Assembly (NCBI GenBank): GCA_013416795.1 | Contig: RQSC01000014.1 | Coordinates: 1-56,878 of the forward strand | Source: Prasinococcaceae sp. CCMP 1430 | Taxonomy: Eukaryota; Plantae; Prasinodermophyta | Direction: 5' to 3' | Length of the DNA: 56,878 nucleotides | In this document: one piece after another, positions 1 to 10,239 of the stretch | Position numbering within the stretch: position 1 is the stretch's first letter | Layout: each line of letters begins with the position of its first letter | Notes under the pieces: generated by a model | Databases searched by the model: none | Told to the model about the DNA's origin: nothing | Seen by the model: the letters and a program-made list of their open reading frames with translations, nothing else | Position numbers and translations under genes: made by a program

Positions 1-462
1 CCGCCGCCGAGCTTGCCGCCGAGCCCGCCGCCGAGCCCGCCGCCGCCGAGCGCGCCGCCGAGCCCGCCGCCGCCGAGCGTGCCACCCGCACCACCACCTG
101 GCTCACCCCCGATGCCACCACCGATGACGACGCCTCTTCCTTCCCTTCCTCTCGATTCATTGCTGCACTCTTCACCGAGCAATGCGGCCGCGGCAGATAA
201 AGCCGAGAGAACGCACAAGAAACGCACGAAAGCAAAGAAGAAGAAGGCCAAGGGCGTCAAGAAAGCCAAGAGAAGCAAGAAAAAGACGGAAGCGGTGCCG
301 CCTGCACCGGTCCCCTTGATGACAACGACGAAGAAGAGGAACACGAAGGTCTCAAAGAAGACCACGAAGGCCTGCGCGAAGGCCGGCGAGTCTAAGAAGA
401 GGTGCAAGAAGAAGAAGATGTGCACTTTCTCCAAGAAGAGCGGAACATGCGTGCCAAAGTGA
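1..462 (+). CDS. 3' end of a Pro/Ser-rich (SPPP-repeat, HRGP/extensin-like) protein with Lys-rich tail and 4-Cys C-terminal motif; 5'-truncated by window edge
   Basis: Frame 1 is open from base 1 (PPPSLPPSPPPSPPPPSAPPSPPPP), then poly-Lys stretches and ...CAKAGESKKRCKKKKMCTFSKKSGTCVPK*; TGA ends at 462. Confidence 0.55.
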   Translation, partial: PPPSLPPSPPPSPPPPSAPPSPPPPSVPPAPPPGSPPMPPPMTTPLPSLPLDSLLHSSPSNAAAADKAERTHKKRTKAKKKKAKGVKKAKRSKKKTEAVPPAPVPLMTTTKKRNTKVSKKTTKACAKAGESKKRCKKKKMCTFSKKSGTCVPK

Positions 463-518
463 TGCGTGCTGTACGTCGAGTGGGGACAGTTTTTTTTTAA
501 AAGTTTGGCTTAGTAGTG

Positions 519-523
519 TTACA
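519..523 (-). terminator. TGTAA poly(A) signal (Tic22-like gene)
   Basis: TTACA on plus, ~95 nt past the stop. The same motif follows many genes here (3164, 6655, 22304, 32971, 37855, 47903, 55093). Confidence 0.6.
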
Positions 524-617
524 CTCCCTGCTCGTCGCAGCCAGCCCCCGCCCCGCCCCGCTTACCCGCAATACGGCGCGGGGCGCGTGCGCGGCAACTC
601 GCTGCAGCAGCCATCCT

Positions 618-3075
618 TCATAAGTCTCCGATGAATATACACGCCGTGCCGTCTTTGGACGATGCGTCCGTTGGCACGGTCTTGGGCGGCACGGCTGCCG
701 TGGTGGCACCGTCGGATGCGGCGGCGGCTGCCCTCGCCGCTCTCGCAGCCGCGCGCCCCCTCATGTTCGCGGCATCCCTCTCACACTTGCTCAGCACCTC
801 GCCAAAGTCGTGCACGTGCACCTTCGGTGGCTGCACACCGAGAGCCCTGCGCCCGAGCGAGGTGGCGAGCATGAGCCTGTCCGCGGCGTCGGCCACTTCA
901 TCGGCTCCGGCGCGCATGGCGGCGCCGAAGTCGCCGGCACCGGGGGCAAGATCTGTGCCAGCATCGCGACGCGAATCACCTTCGCCACCCTCCCCTAGCT
1001 CGGACAGGAACTCATCCACTACGGAGGCAACGCAGGGCGCTGAGGGTCAGCGGCCGCCTGGGCGCATGCGAACATGCGCACGCCGCTCGCGCGCGTGCAT
1101 GTCCGACCGCATCCACGTTCAGCGCAGTTGCCGACAGTACTCCACCCAACGTGCGTTGGCGCTCAGCGCACGCACCATCCGGTGGGTCCATCTCTCCGAT
1201 GTCGTCTTCGTCGTCCCCCATTCCACCGCCAGATGCACCCATGGGGCCGCCCCCGCCCCGATCCGAGCCGCCGCCGTTGGTGCCGCCCTTTCCCCTGCCC
1301 GAACGCGCCGCTGCTCTCCTCTCGCGCTCTCTCCTCTCCTCGCGCCTGGCCTCGAGGCACGCGGCGCAGCTGACCTCAAGCTGTAGCTGCGTAAATTTGT
1401 CGAGCTGCGCGCGCGACAGAAAGTACGGGGTTCGCCACGAGGGCGCGTCATCATCTGCGACCGCCTCACCGGTATCCCAATCACCGCCTTCTGAAATCTG
1501 GTCAACCTCAACCTCCACGCGACCGAGGTTTCCATCGCCCCCCCCGTCGCTGCCTGCGCCGAATGCGCCCAGGGAGTCAGAGAGCAGGTCGCCAAAAGGG
1601 CTGCCGCCATCTCGCGCACGTTCGCCTGCTTCGGCATCCACTAGGGGGAGGCTCCCCGAGCCAGGATCCTCAGAGCCAGTCACGGAAGCGGCAGCGTCGG
1701 CGGTGGCAGATACGTCCAGAGGGCCGGCGCTGCTCTCCCCCTCACCGCCGACAGTGACAGCGTCGCCGTTGCCGCCTCTGACATCATCGCTCGCATCGCC
1801 CTCCTCCTTCTCGCGCACGGCCCCCTGTTGGTCAGGCACACCAAAAGGCACGCGGGCCTGTTGACTCCGCTGCGCCTCCCTCTGCGCTTGCTTCTGTCGC
1901 GTCTCACCAAGGCCAATATGCAAGCCATCAGCAGAGAAGACTGGAACGCCCTCGAATGGGGCGTCGACGCCAGTCTCCTGCTTGCGCAGCGTCCGCGCAG
2001 CTACGAGGTCCTCCCGTGCGGGGAGGAGCGCGCACGTAGGGGCGCGCCGCTCGCCCGTCGGGGAATGCCGGACGGCCGAGCCCAGGAACAGGTCGACGGC
2101 ATCGCGCAGCGCGATGCCGCCCACCCTGCCATCTTCGTCGCTCTCTGAAGAGCTGTCGGATGCGTCCTCTCCCATGTCGCCGGCGTTGTCGGTGCTCGCG
2201 TCGCGCAAACCGCCGTCGCCGCCGTCACTTGCACCGCCCCCCACGAGCTTGATACCCAGCAGCTCCTCCAGCAGCGCCCTGTGCTCCTCAGGAAGCTCGG
2301 TGGCGCCAGTCGCTATCGTCGGGCCGCCTGGGCTGGTCTTGACAGGGCGTGAGGATGCTGTGCTACCGCCTGCGGCGCTTCTACCTTTCTCGCCGCCGCC
2401 ACCTTCACCATCGTCCTCATGCCTACTTCCGCCATCTGGCCCACTGCCGGGCGCGTTGCGTTCCTCTGCCTTGCTGCGTTGCTGCTGCGCCCACTGGCTC
2501 GGGCGCTTGGCTCTCAAGCGCTTCCTGCGCCGCGCCTCGAGCACGTCGAGCGCGGTTGTCGCGTCGCGCGGGGAGGCGAAGAGCAGCTTGCGCGACTCGT
2601 CATCGTCTGCGGACGTGGTGCCACCACCGGCATCGGCGCCCGCGGGGTACGCGCCGGCGCGCTCCCCGTCGATGCCTCTGGCCCAGTCTGCAGCGCGGCG
2701 CGCGCACTGCGCGAGGCCGCCGAGCGCAGCGCGCACTGGCCCCATCGTGGCGCCCTCCGGCAGGTTGGCCCTCGCCCACTCCTTCTGCGGTCCGGGGAGC
2801 GTGCGCGCGTGCGCTCGCACGTCGGCGCTCGCGGTGCTCGCGAGCAGCTCCCCGGTGCTCGCGAGCAGCTTCCCGCGCTGCGCGGTATAGGGAGCGTACA
2901 CCATGCCGATGAAGGACGGCGCGTGAGGGTCAGGCGTGCCGCCGCTTTTCCCATTGCTGCCCGCGCCCGCAGCGGCCAGCCGCGCTGCGATCATGGGTAG
3001 GCCGCGCAGCGCCGAAGCGAGCGCCGCCGCGTCGACGGCGGGAGATGAGCGGGGGGAGCCATCATCCTCGCACAT
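618..3075 (-). CDS. TIC22: Tic22-like protein, 2 exons (3075-1176, 1018-618), with long low-complexity insertions
   Basis: Tic22-type motifs in order: LRGLPMIA, LLFASPRDA, ALLPAREDLVAARTL, FEGVPVFSADGL, TPYFLSRAQLD; exon 2 has KVHVHDFGEVLSK and CIFIG. Phase-1 intron G|GTGCGT (1175) to TAG| (1019) joins the two ORFs in frame. TGTAA at 523-519. Start codon uncertain. Confidence 0.65.
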
Positions 3076-3196
3076 CCCCGAGCACACCCCGCGCCGCGAC
3101 CGCCGCCCGCCGCGGCGGCCGCGTGCTGTGGAGCGGCCCCCGCGCGCGAATGACTTTCAGGGTTTACATGTTGCCAATTGACGACGCTCCTCACCG

Positions 3197-5002
3197 TCAC
3201 ACGATCTCGAACCGCCACGCATCGGCCAGCGGAGCGCCATGCGCACCGCGTCCGCCGTAGAGGAGCACCGCGCCTGGCCCTATCTCGCACGAGGCCGCCA
3301 TCTCGCGAGCAGCGGGCCGGCCGCCGTAGAAGTCACGGCGCCATGCCGGCGCGGCAGACTGCGCGGACTCGCTGCGGCCCGAGCTGCTGCAACACGTGGC
3401 GCGCACCCATCGAAGTTCCCCATCGGTGGCAGCCTCCAGCTCAGACGGCGCCTCAGCCCCCATTTCGCTTGGCCGCATGGCCAGCAGCCAAGAGTCTTCG
3501 AGCAGTTCGTATGTCTCACCCCACCCGCCATGCAGGAGCATCGCACGCGTCCCTCTCAGCGGCGACATGACCGCACCTTTGCGGCCCTGCGGCACGCGCG
3601 GGGGCGCGCGCGGCGGGCCGAGCTCCGGGAGGCTCGCGTGCAGCGCTTCGGCCCACGCGGGCGTGCATCCCATGAGTTCGGCGTCGCCCGATGCGTCGCG
3701 CATAGCACAATTCCACAGGCATGCCGCACCGTCGCTGCTGTCGGCACTGCACCGCCACACGTCGCCGCGACGTTGTGAGCGTTCGCCGAGGCCTCCGAAC
3801 GCGAGGGGTGCTTCGCCGGGGCCCGGCGAGGCGAGCGCGAGCGCCGAGCGCCGAGGGAGAGACGACGCACCCCTGCCATCGGCGCGCGCGTCGCCCCCCT
3901 CTGCGCAAGCACCGTCGGCCTCCCAATCCGCGCGCAGCGCGCCGTCGTTCGTCACACGCACGCAGAGGACACGAGTGTCGCCCAGCTTGCCGCGCTTGCC
4001 CACGCCACCGCAGATCAACACGCGGCACTCATCACGCGTAGACGCAGTTCCAGACGCGGCGCCAGGGTCGGAACGTGTCGCCCTTGCTGCGAGTACCACT
4101 GCAGCGTGCTGCCAGCGGGCGCATGGCGCGCCGCCGTTGCTGCAAACGCCGACGGCGCCTTCGTCCCCACCCCGCTCGCCCACGTCTGGCACGAGCTGCA
4201 TCCAGCAGGCATTGGTCTCGATGACATCCGCCGCACACCTGCGTAGCTCTGCTGCGCGTGGCAGCTCTATAGCCCAGACGTCCGCGCGCGGTGCGCTGTT
4301 GGCGTCGAGGCCACCGTGCACGACCATGAAGTCGTGGTCACCGAGGCGTGCGCAGACAGCGATGTGGCCGTAGCGCGCCGCAGGACGAGCGCTACCCGAT
4401 GCGGGGAGCACGCGCACGGCCCGCATCGTGTCGCTGACACCCCCGCAGCCGCGGTTTCCACTGGCGCAGGGCTCGCGGCAATCGAGGACATCGATGCAGT
4501 CCATAAGAGAGTCGTCCGCAGCGCGCCCCCCGAAGACTGCCGCAAGGCCACCTGCACCGAACGCCACCATGCTATGCCCCCACCGTCCGCCTGAGTAAGC
4601 GGCGGGCAGGCCGTGCCCGCAGCGCGGGAGATGGCGCACAGAAGGAGTGGACGTGGGCTCGCCATTGGGGACATAGTTTGGCGTGCGCAGCTCGCGCCAG
4701 TGTGCACGGTCACATGTGCGTACCGCACGCAGCAGATTGCGCCACCCACCCGCACGCTTCGCGAGCGTGCGTGCGTGTGCGCCTGCAGTGCAGCCGATGC
4801 TGGCGTCACCAGCTAGCGCGAGCTCGGCCCTCGCAGCCCCCTCCCACGCGTGGGGGGTGTCCGCCGCGCGCCGCAGCGCGGCGCATGCGCATGCTGCAGC
4901 GGCGACGTCCCGCGCCGAGCGCAGCGCCGACAGCAGCGCAGCCAGAGCGTCCACCGGCGCGCCCTCCAGCAACCCGGCGGTCGTGGGCGCGCCCGTCTCC
5001 AT
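3197..5002 (-). CDS. F-box/Kelch-repeat protein
   Basis: F-box-like N-terminus (LLEGAPVDALAALLSALRSARDVAAAACAC...W) followed by Kelch repeats GRWGHSM/VFGG, PAARYGHIAV/VHGG, PCARWQHAAV/ICGG, LLHGGW, LLYGG..DAW. ATG at 5002; TGTAA at 3168-3164. Confidence 0.75.
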   Translation of the reverse strand: METGAPTTAGLLEGAPVDALAALLSALRSARDVAAAACACAALRRAADTPHAWEGAARAELALAGDASIGCTAGAHARTLAKRAGGWRNLLRAVRTCDRAHWRELRTPNYVPNGEPTSTPSVRHLPRCGHGLPAAYSGGRWGHSMVAFGAGGLAAVFGGRAADDSLMDCIDVLDCREPCASGNRGCGGVSDTMRAVRVLPASGSARPAARYGHIAVCARLGDHDFMVVHGGLDANSAPRADVWAIELPRAAELRRCAADVIETNACWMQLVPDVGERGGDEGAVGVCSNGGAPCARWQHAAVVLAARATRSDPGAASGTASTRDECRVLICGGVGKRGKLGDTRVLCVRVTNDGALRADWEADGACAEGGDARADGRGASSLPRRSALALASPGPGEAPLAFGGLGERSQRRGDVWRCSADSSDGAACLWNCAMRDASGDAELMGCTPAWAEALHASLPELGPPRAPPRVPQGRKGAVMSPLRGTRAMLLHGGWGETYELLEDSWLLAMRPSEMGAEAPSELEAATDGELRWVRATCCSSSGRSESAQSAAPAWRRDFYGGRPAAREMAASCEIGPGAVLLYGGRGAHGAPLADAWRFEIV

Positions 5003-5342
5003 GACCGCCAACCGAGCCCGCACAGGGCCCGTAGCGTCCCGCGCTCCCCGCCCCCTTTTCCCTCCTTTCCCTCCTTGCCCCCCCCGTCCCGCCAACCCCG
5101 CCCTGACCCCCACCTCCCGTGCCCCCCGTGCGTCGGCACTGTGCAGCCCGCGCCGGGTGCGGAGTGGCGCGCGCAGCCGGCGCTCCGCCAAGTGCGAGTC
5201 AGTTGGCAAGATTTTCTGCCGTAGCGCTTCCACGCGCACACTCGGCCACGCCACACGCCGCCCGGCCGGCAGCGGCGTGCTGCCTCTTGGTGGGCCGGCC
5301 GCAGATTGCAGGGTCCCATTTGTGTCGCTGCTGCGGAGGAGG

Positions 5343-6596
5343 ATGGCCGCCCTGGCGCTGGCGCGCGGCGGGGCCGACGCGCTTGTGGGCGCGGCGGGCG
5401 GCGCGGCGCGCGCTTTTGGCGCGGCCGCACACGCCGTCGGCGACCCACTCGTCGCGGCCATCGGGGCCGCCGATGGAGGACACGACGGCCACGAGTCTGA
5501 TTCCTCGGACGATGGGCACACGGACTCGGAGGAGGTCGACGGCGTCGATGCGTACGAAAGCATGTGGCGCCGCCGAGAGAAGGAGCAGCGCGAGCGCGCT
5601 GCCGCGGGGTTGGCAAGCAACATCAGCGCAGCTGTTCGCGGCGAACCCCTCTCCAAAAATGCAGCAGGGGAGGATCTCAGTCGCATCGCAGGCAGCGGAG
5701 GCGCCTCCTCCATTCATGGCATCTCCCGTCAGCGGACGCAGAGTGGGATGGTGCCGCCCACGCCGGAACCGCCGATGGTCTCTGCGAAGCCAATCCACTC
5801 GCCACACACACTCGCGAACGATGAACCCCGCGCGAAGGGCCTTCCACCGCCGTGGTCGAACAAACAGCCCCGCGCGACGACGGGACATCGCGCTCACTCT
5901 CACGCTCGTGCTCCCAGCTCCTACGCCACCGCCGAACAGCTCTGTGCGAGCATGGTCTCTCTCGAACGCAGCGGCGGTAGCCTTCACCAAGGGCTGGCCA
6001 AGTCAACCAAAGATCTCGCTATAGATGTGTCCCTGCAAGATGCGCAAGAAGGCGACCAAAAGAAGTCCAGTCACCGTCGCACGTTCTTCGGTGTTCTCCC
6101 AGTACCTCCCATCGGCAAACTCATGCGCAAGGCTCGAGGCCGCAAAGAAGTGACGGAGATTGACGCCCGTCCTGTGGTCGTCCCGAAGGATGCCGACGGC
6201 CTGACAACAACTCCTACTGGCGGGCCGCAGACGAGAGATGCCGACGTGCCTACTCCTGAAAGATGTCGCCATGTACATCCCGGTTCGCGCCACGGCGACG
6301 CCACAGCTATCGTCACGGCTGCGAGTCGATCGTCCGAAGGCGCCACCGAGAGCGGCGTGGGCGCAAGTGCCGTCGAAGCCGTCAGCCACGACATCGGTCG
6401 CGGCGTCACGCGCAAGCGCACGTTGGGCGAGAAGATTGAAGTGGCGGCAGACGTCGGTATGAAGCTCGCACTTGGGCTGATGGCTCTCAGCCTGGTCTCG
6501 AGTGGGGTGACATCAATGCGGCGGCGACGGCAGCGGAGAGACATCGTGATCGTTAACAACATGGGCCTAGCTAAGGCATTCCCGCTGAGGCACTGA
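5343..6596 (+). CDS. Hypothetical low-complexity protein with a C-terminal hydrophobic helix
   Basis: ATG 5343 divergent from the F-box gene, 417-codon open frame, C-terminal LALGLMALSLVSSGV followed by RRRRQRR; TGTAA at 6655-6659. Confidence 0.5.
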   Translation: MAALALARGGADALVGAAGGAARAFGAAAHAVGDPLVAAIGAADGGHDGHESDSSDDGHTDSEEVDGVDAYESMWRRREKEQRERAAAGLASNISAAVRGEPLSKNAAGEDLSRIAGSGGASSIHGISRQRTQSGMVPPTPEPPMVSAKPIHSPHTLANDEPRAKGLPPPWSNKQPRATTGHRAHSHARAPSSYATAEQLCASMVSLERSGGSLHQGLAKSTKDLAIDVSLQDAQEGDQKKSSHRRTFFGVLPVPPIGKLMRKARGRKEVTEIDARPVVVPKDADGLTTTPTGGPQTRDADVPTPERCRHVHPGSRHGDATAIVTAASRSSEGATESGVGASAVEAVSHDIGRGVTRKRTLGEKIEVAADVGMKLALGLMALSLVSSGVTSMRRRRQRRDIVIVNNMGLAKAFPLRH

Positions 6597-7229
6597 CGAA
6601 TGCTGGCAGCTGGAGGGGGGAGAGCGGGCTGTCGGAGCAGCGAGTATCACGCATTGTAAGAGACAACAGGCGATAGGGTCGATGACCGCACGAGTCTGAA
6701 CGACATGCCGCACGAGTCAGAACGACTCATGTCAAGGCGTTGTGGGCGGACTAATGGTATCATTACAACCCTAACACTGAAACGCACAATCGAATGTATT
6801 TTATAATCTACCACAGACCCTAGTACGCGCAAATTGCACTTTCGTTTTGAGGTGCACCTTATCCGTTGCGGCGCGCGGCGCCTGGCCACGGCCAGGGTGC
6901 GTGTGGCCGCCTCGCGTGCGCCACAGGACGCGCACTGTGCTGCGCAAGCTGCTGGCGGCGTGCAGCGCGCGCGTGGGAGGAAGCGCGATGGCGTGCGCGC
7001 GCGTTGGACAGGCAACTGCCGCGAGTGGCGCGGGTGTGGCGCACCGCGCCGCGCCGCGGCGCGTACGCCGCGCTGCGCCGCGCCGCGCCGCGACACGCGC
7101 AGTGCTGGAGGCGCTCGGCCGTGCTCGTGCGCAGCCAGGCGTGCCGTGTGCCGATCGAGCCCGGCAGGCTGGAGTGGGAAGGGGGGCGGCTGGCACACCC
7201 GGCGGCGGTCGGGTTGCACTCGTGGCACC

Positions 7230-8672
7230 ATGGCGGGTATCACGGCGAGCGCCGCCGGTGGTGAAGACATGTATATCTCCGAGCTGCTGTCGTACTCCCT
7301 TGATAGGCTGAACAAGGAGCCGGATCTCCTGCGGGGCGACGCTGAACGCGTGCGGCGCCAGCTGCAGGAGGTCGCGGTGCGCCACCACGCAAGCTTTGTC
7401 GCCGCCGCCAAGGCGGTCGGGGGCGTTCGCGAGGAGCTGCAAGAGGTAGACGTGCGGCTGGGCGCGCTTGCGAGTGCAGTGCCCAAACTGCAGGAGGCGT
7501 GCACCACTTTCTCACAGGACGGCAGTGGCGGCGCGCGCGCGCGGGGCGAAGCCTCGGACAGGCGGTCTGCGCTGCTGGCAGGTGGCGGCGCGCTGCTTGC
7601 TGCTGCGGCGGGCGCGCGGGCGCCGGAGGCGCAGGCGATCGGCTTTAAGAAGGAGCTTAAGAAGCGCCGGGTGCCGCTGTCCGAGTACACGCAGCAGCCG
7701 GGCTTCCAGTGGCTCGGCGAGCCGCACGAGGGGCTCAAGGTTTACGATGAGGTCGTTGGGAAGGGGCGCGAGGCGGTCGAGGGCGCCAATCTCACGACGG
7801 TAAGCGTGGCGAGCACAAAGCCACCGTCCAGACCGGCGAGGGCAACGTTGTCCTGCCGATGTGTGTCATAGGAAGCGTCGTGGCCGCCAGCGACCGCCGC
7901 TGACGAAACGCCCCGACACCCTCGCCGCCTGTGCGCCCTCTCTTTTGCGGGCCCGCCACCCGCCGCCCCCAAACCAACACCGGTGCCGCCGCTCGCCGCC
8001 GCTCGCGCACCGCAGCACTTTGAAGTGTACTACCGCAACGTCCTGGTCGAGAGCAGCCGCGAGGGGCGCCTCATCGGGCGCAATGCCACGCTGGAGGAGC
8101 CGCTCAGCTTCGCTTGCGGGTTCGTGCCGCCCAAGTACACCGTCTCAGCGCCTGTTGATTACGTCGTCGGCGTGGGCCTGAAGCTCGAGGAGGACCTCGC
8201 GACCGGTGAAAAGTACGCGCTCAAGGTCTACTTCGGCTCGCCCGCCCAGCAAGCCGGTGTGCCGCTGAACTCGCGGCTCGCTGCTGTGGACGGAGAGTCC
8301 GTGGCGGGAATGAGCACTGAGCGCGTCGGCGAGCTTCTCCGTGGCGACGGCGAGGAAGGCGGCGAAGTTGTGCTGAGCATGAGCGTGCTCGGCGGTGAGC
8401 CGATTGACTACAAGCTCGCGCGCGCGAGCTACGCTGTGCCGCGCGCGCGCCCGCCGCCACCGCCACAGGGCGCGAACGGGCTGTACAATGGCGAGGCAGG
8501 CGCACAGGCGCCAGCGGCGCTCTTCCTCGCCGTGCGCGGTATGCGCGAAGGCGGCAAGCGGCTTGTGCGCGTGACGCCCGACGTCGGCTACGGCCCAGCA
8601 GGCAGGGGCGAGATTCCCGCAGGGGAGAGCTTCTCCCTCAAAATCGAGCTCCTCAAGGTGTCGGATGCGTAG
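7230..8672 (+). CDS. Chimeric gene: COG8 N-terminal fragment + twin-arginine lumen signal + FKBP18-like PPIase with inserted PDZ domain; exons 7230-7799, 8016-8672
   Basis: YISELLSYSLDRLNKEPDLLRGDAERVRRQLQEVAV (COG8 N-terminus); DRRSALL...AQA (TAT-type signal); GLKVYDEVVGKG, HFEVYY..SSREGRLI, NGLYNGEAGAQAPAALF..GMREGGKR..YG..EIP (FKBP18-type); GVGL..GSPAQQAG..AVDGESVAGM (PDZ). Phase-0 intron GTAAGC 7800 to CGCAG 8015. Confidence 0.75.
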
Positions 8673-8846
8673 AGATTAGCTCTGGGTCGAGGCCTCTCAT
8701 GTCGACCAGCACAAGTAACACGACCAAAGAGGTGATGACCAACGTATTATGAATGGTGTCGCGCGCTCCGCCGTCGCCAGGCAGCGCGCGCCTAGGCTGG
8801 GTTCCAGTGGCGCCTGCACGCAAGCAGGCGTCGTCCTTGCCTGGAC

Positions 8847-9639
8847 TTACTGCGTCTTCTTATTCTCGCCCTCACAACCGCCAGTCTCCCCGATGAGGCC
8901 CTTTGGTAGCACCTCCGCGAGGCTGGCCCTGAACGCATCCTCGTGAAGGATGCCGTCCTCGTCGAACCACTTGGTCACGCTGTGCTTCACAGTCTTGCTT
9001 GGCTCGTGCGCCCAGTGCCACCTTTTGTCGAGCGTGCCGACGTCAATCTCGTATGTGTCGCCGTACCTGCGGCGCGGCGTAAATGGCGCTCGTCAGCGCA
9101 TGGGCCAGGCCACAGTCAGGAAGGCAGCACCGGCAAAGCCAATCCCATTCGGCGCGTCCAAAGCAGTGCGCTGCGCCGCACCTGTCCATGCGCGTCGCGA
9201 TGGCGACCCCCTTCCCATCCGGCCCGCCATTCTTGAGGAAGACAATGTTGTCTCCCTCCACCATCACCAGCAGCATGTACAGCGCCACGTTGAGCACGAC
9301 GTACGCGGCAAGACACCACAGCAACACCTCGCGGTTGTCTGGGAACTTGACGGGCCACAGCTGTGCGAAGAGCGCGACGCCGATCGCCGCGAAGCCGCCC
9401 ACAAGCTTGACGTTCGACCACGCAACGTCCTCCTCGATCTCGTCGCGATCGAGAACCTCTGCAACGATGAAGTCGTCCAGTACCCGCTTGATCGACGCCG
9501 TGTCACCCAGGTTGAGCACACGCAGCGGCTCCTCCTCCTCTCCCTCTTCCTCCTCGTCCTTCCCCCCATTGGCCCTGCCCTTGCCCTCATCCACATCGGC
9601 CGCGCCGCCAAGGCCGACAAGGCTCAGCATGCCGCCCAT
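8847..9639 (-). CDS. SPCS2: Signal peptidase complex subunit 2 (SPC25); exons 9639-9182, 9066-8847
   Basis: NLGDTASIKRVLDD, SNVKLVGGF, two TM helices, MDRYGDTYEI, SVTKWFDEDG; intron AG|GTGCGG (9181) to GCAG| (9067). Confidence 0.85.
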
Positions 9640-9911
9640 CCTCACGGATCGTGCGGCGGCCGCTCGACCCCTTGCCGCACCGCGCCTGCACACGCGCGTG
9701 GGGCGCGCAGGGAAGCGCGCGCGCGTGTGGATTAAGAGAGACAAGGTGCGGAGGGAGTGTGTGTGTGTGTGCGTGCGAAAGGCCCGTCCCGCGCGGGGAC
9801 CGATGGCCGCAACGCCCGCCGCCCGCCCTCTCGCCCCCCCCACAAGTCGCCCGCCGCGCCTCGCGCCTCGAGAGTGGCCCTCTGCGGCCAACACCCGCGC
9901 CAGCGGCGGGC

Positions 9912-9912
<1 letters not shown>

Positions 9913-9944
<32 letters not shown>
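9913..9944. repeat. Poly(dT) tract (32 nt) between divergent genes
   Basis: T32 followed by an N, between SPCS2 (minus) and the lipoyl-domain gene (plus). Confidence 0.85.
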
Positions 9945-10239
9945 NGTCCGCCAGGCGCCTGAGAGCGAGCCCGCGAGCTCAGCAGCCCGCGCCCTTCCCT
10001 CCCGCGCACGAGCGCCGCGGCTCGCCGCGCCGCGTGCGGAGTGCGGACCGCGGTTGGGGAGCGGCGGCGTGGCCGTGGCGCGTCTGCTTCGCTCCTGCAG
10101 AGCGCGCGGCGGCTCAGGGCTCCGGGAGGACCCCCAGGGACAGGGCCGGAAGCGCGTCCGGCGCTCGGCGCTCCGAGCGACGCGCAGAGCGTGGCGTGGC
10201 ATAGGCGCGCGCTGGAAGGAGGACGCAGAGGGCGTCACT

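Noticed and set aside
4683-5342. N-terminal extensions of the 4683-6596 and 3197-5713 ORFs
   Set aside because: Mutual antisense read-through of two divergent genes; ATGs at 5002 and 5343 give non-overlapping models.
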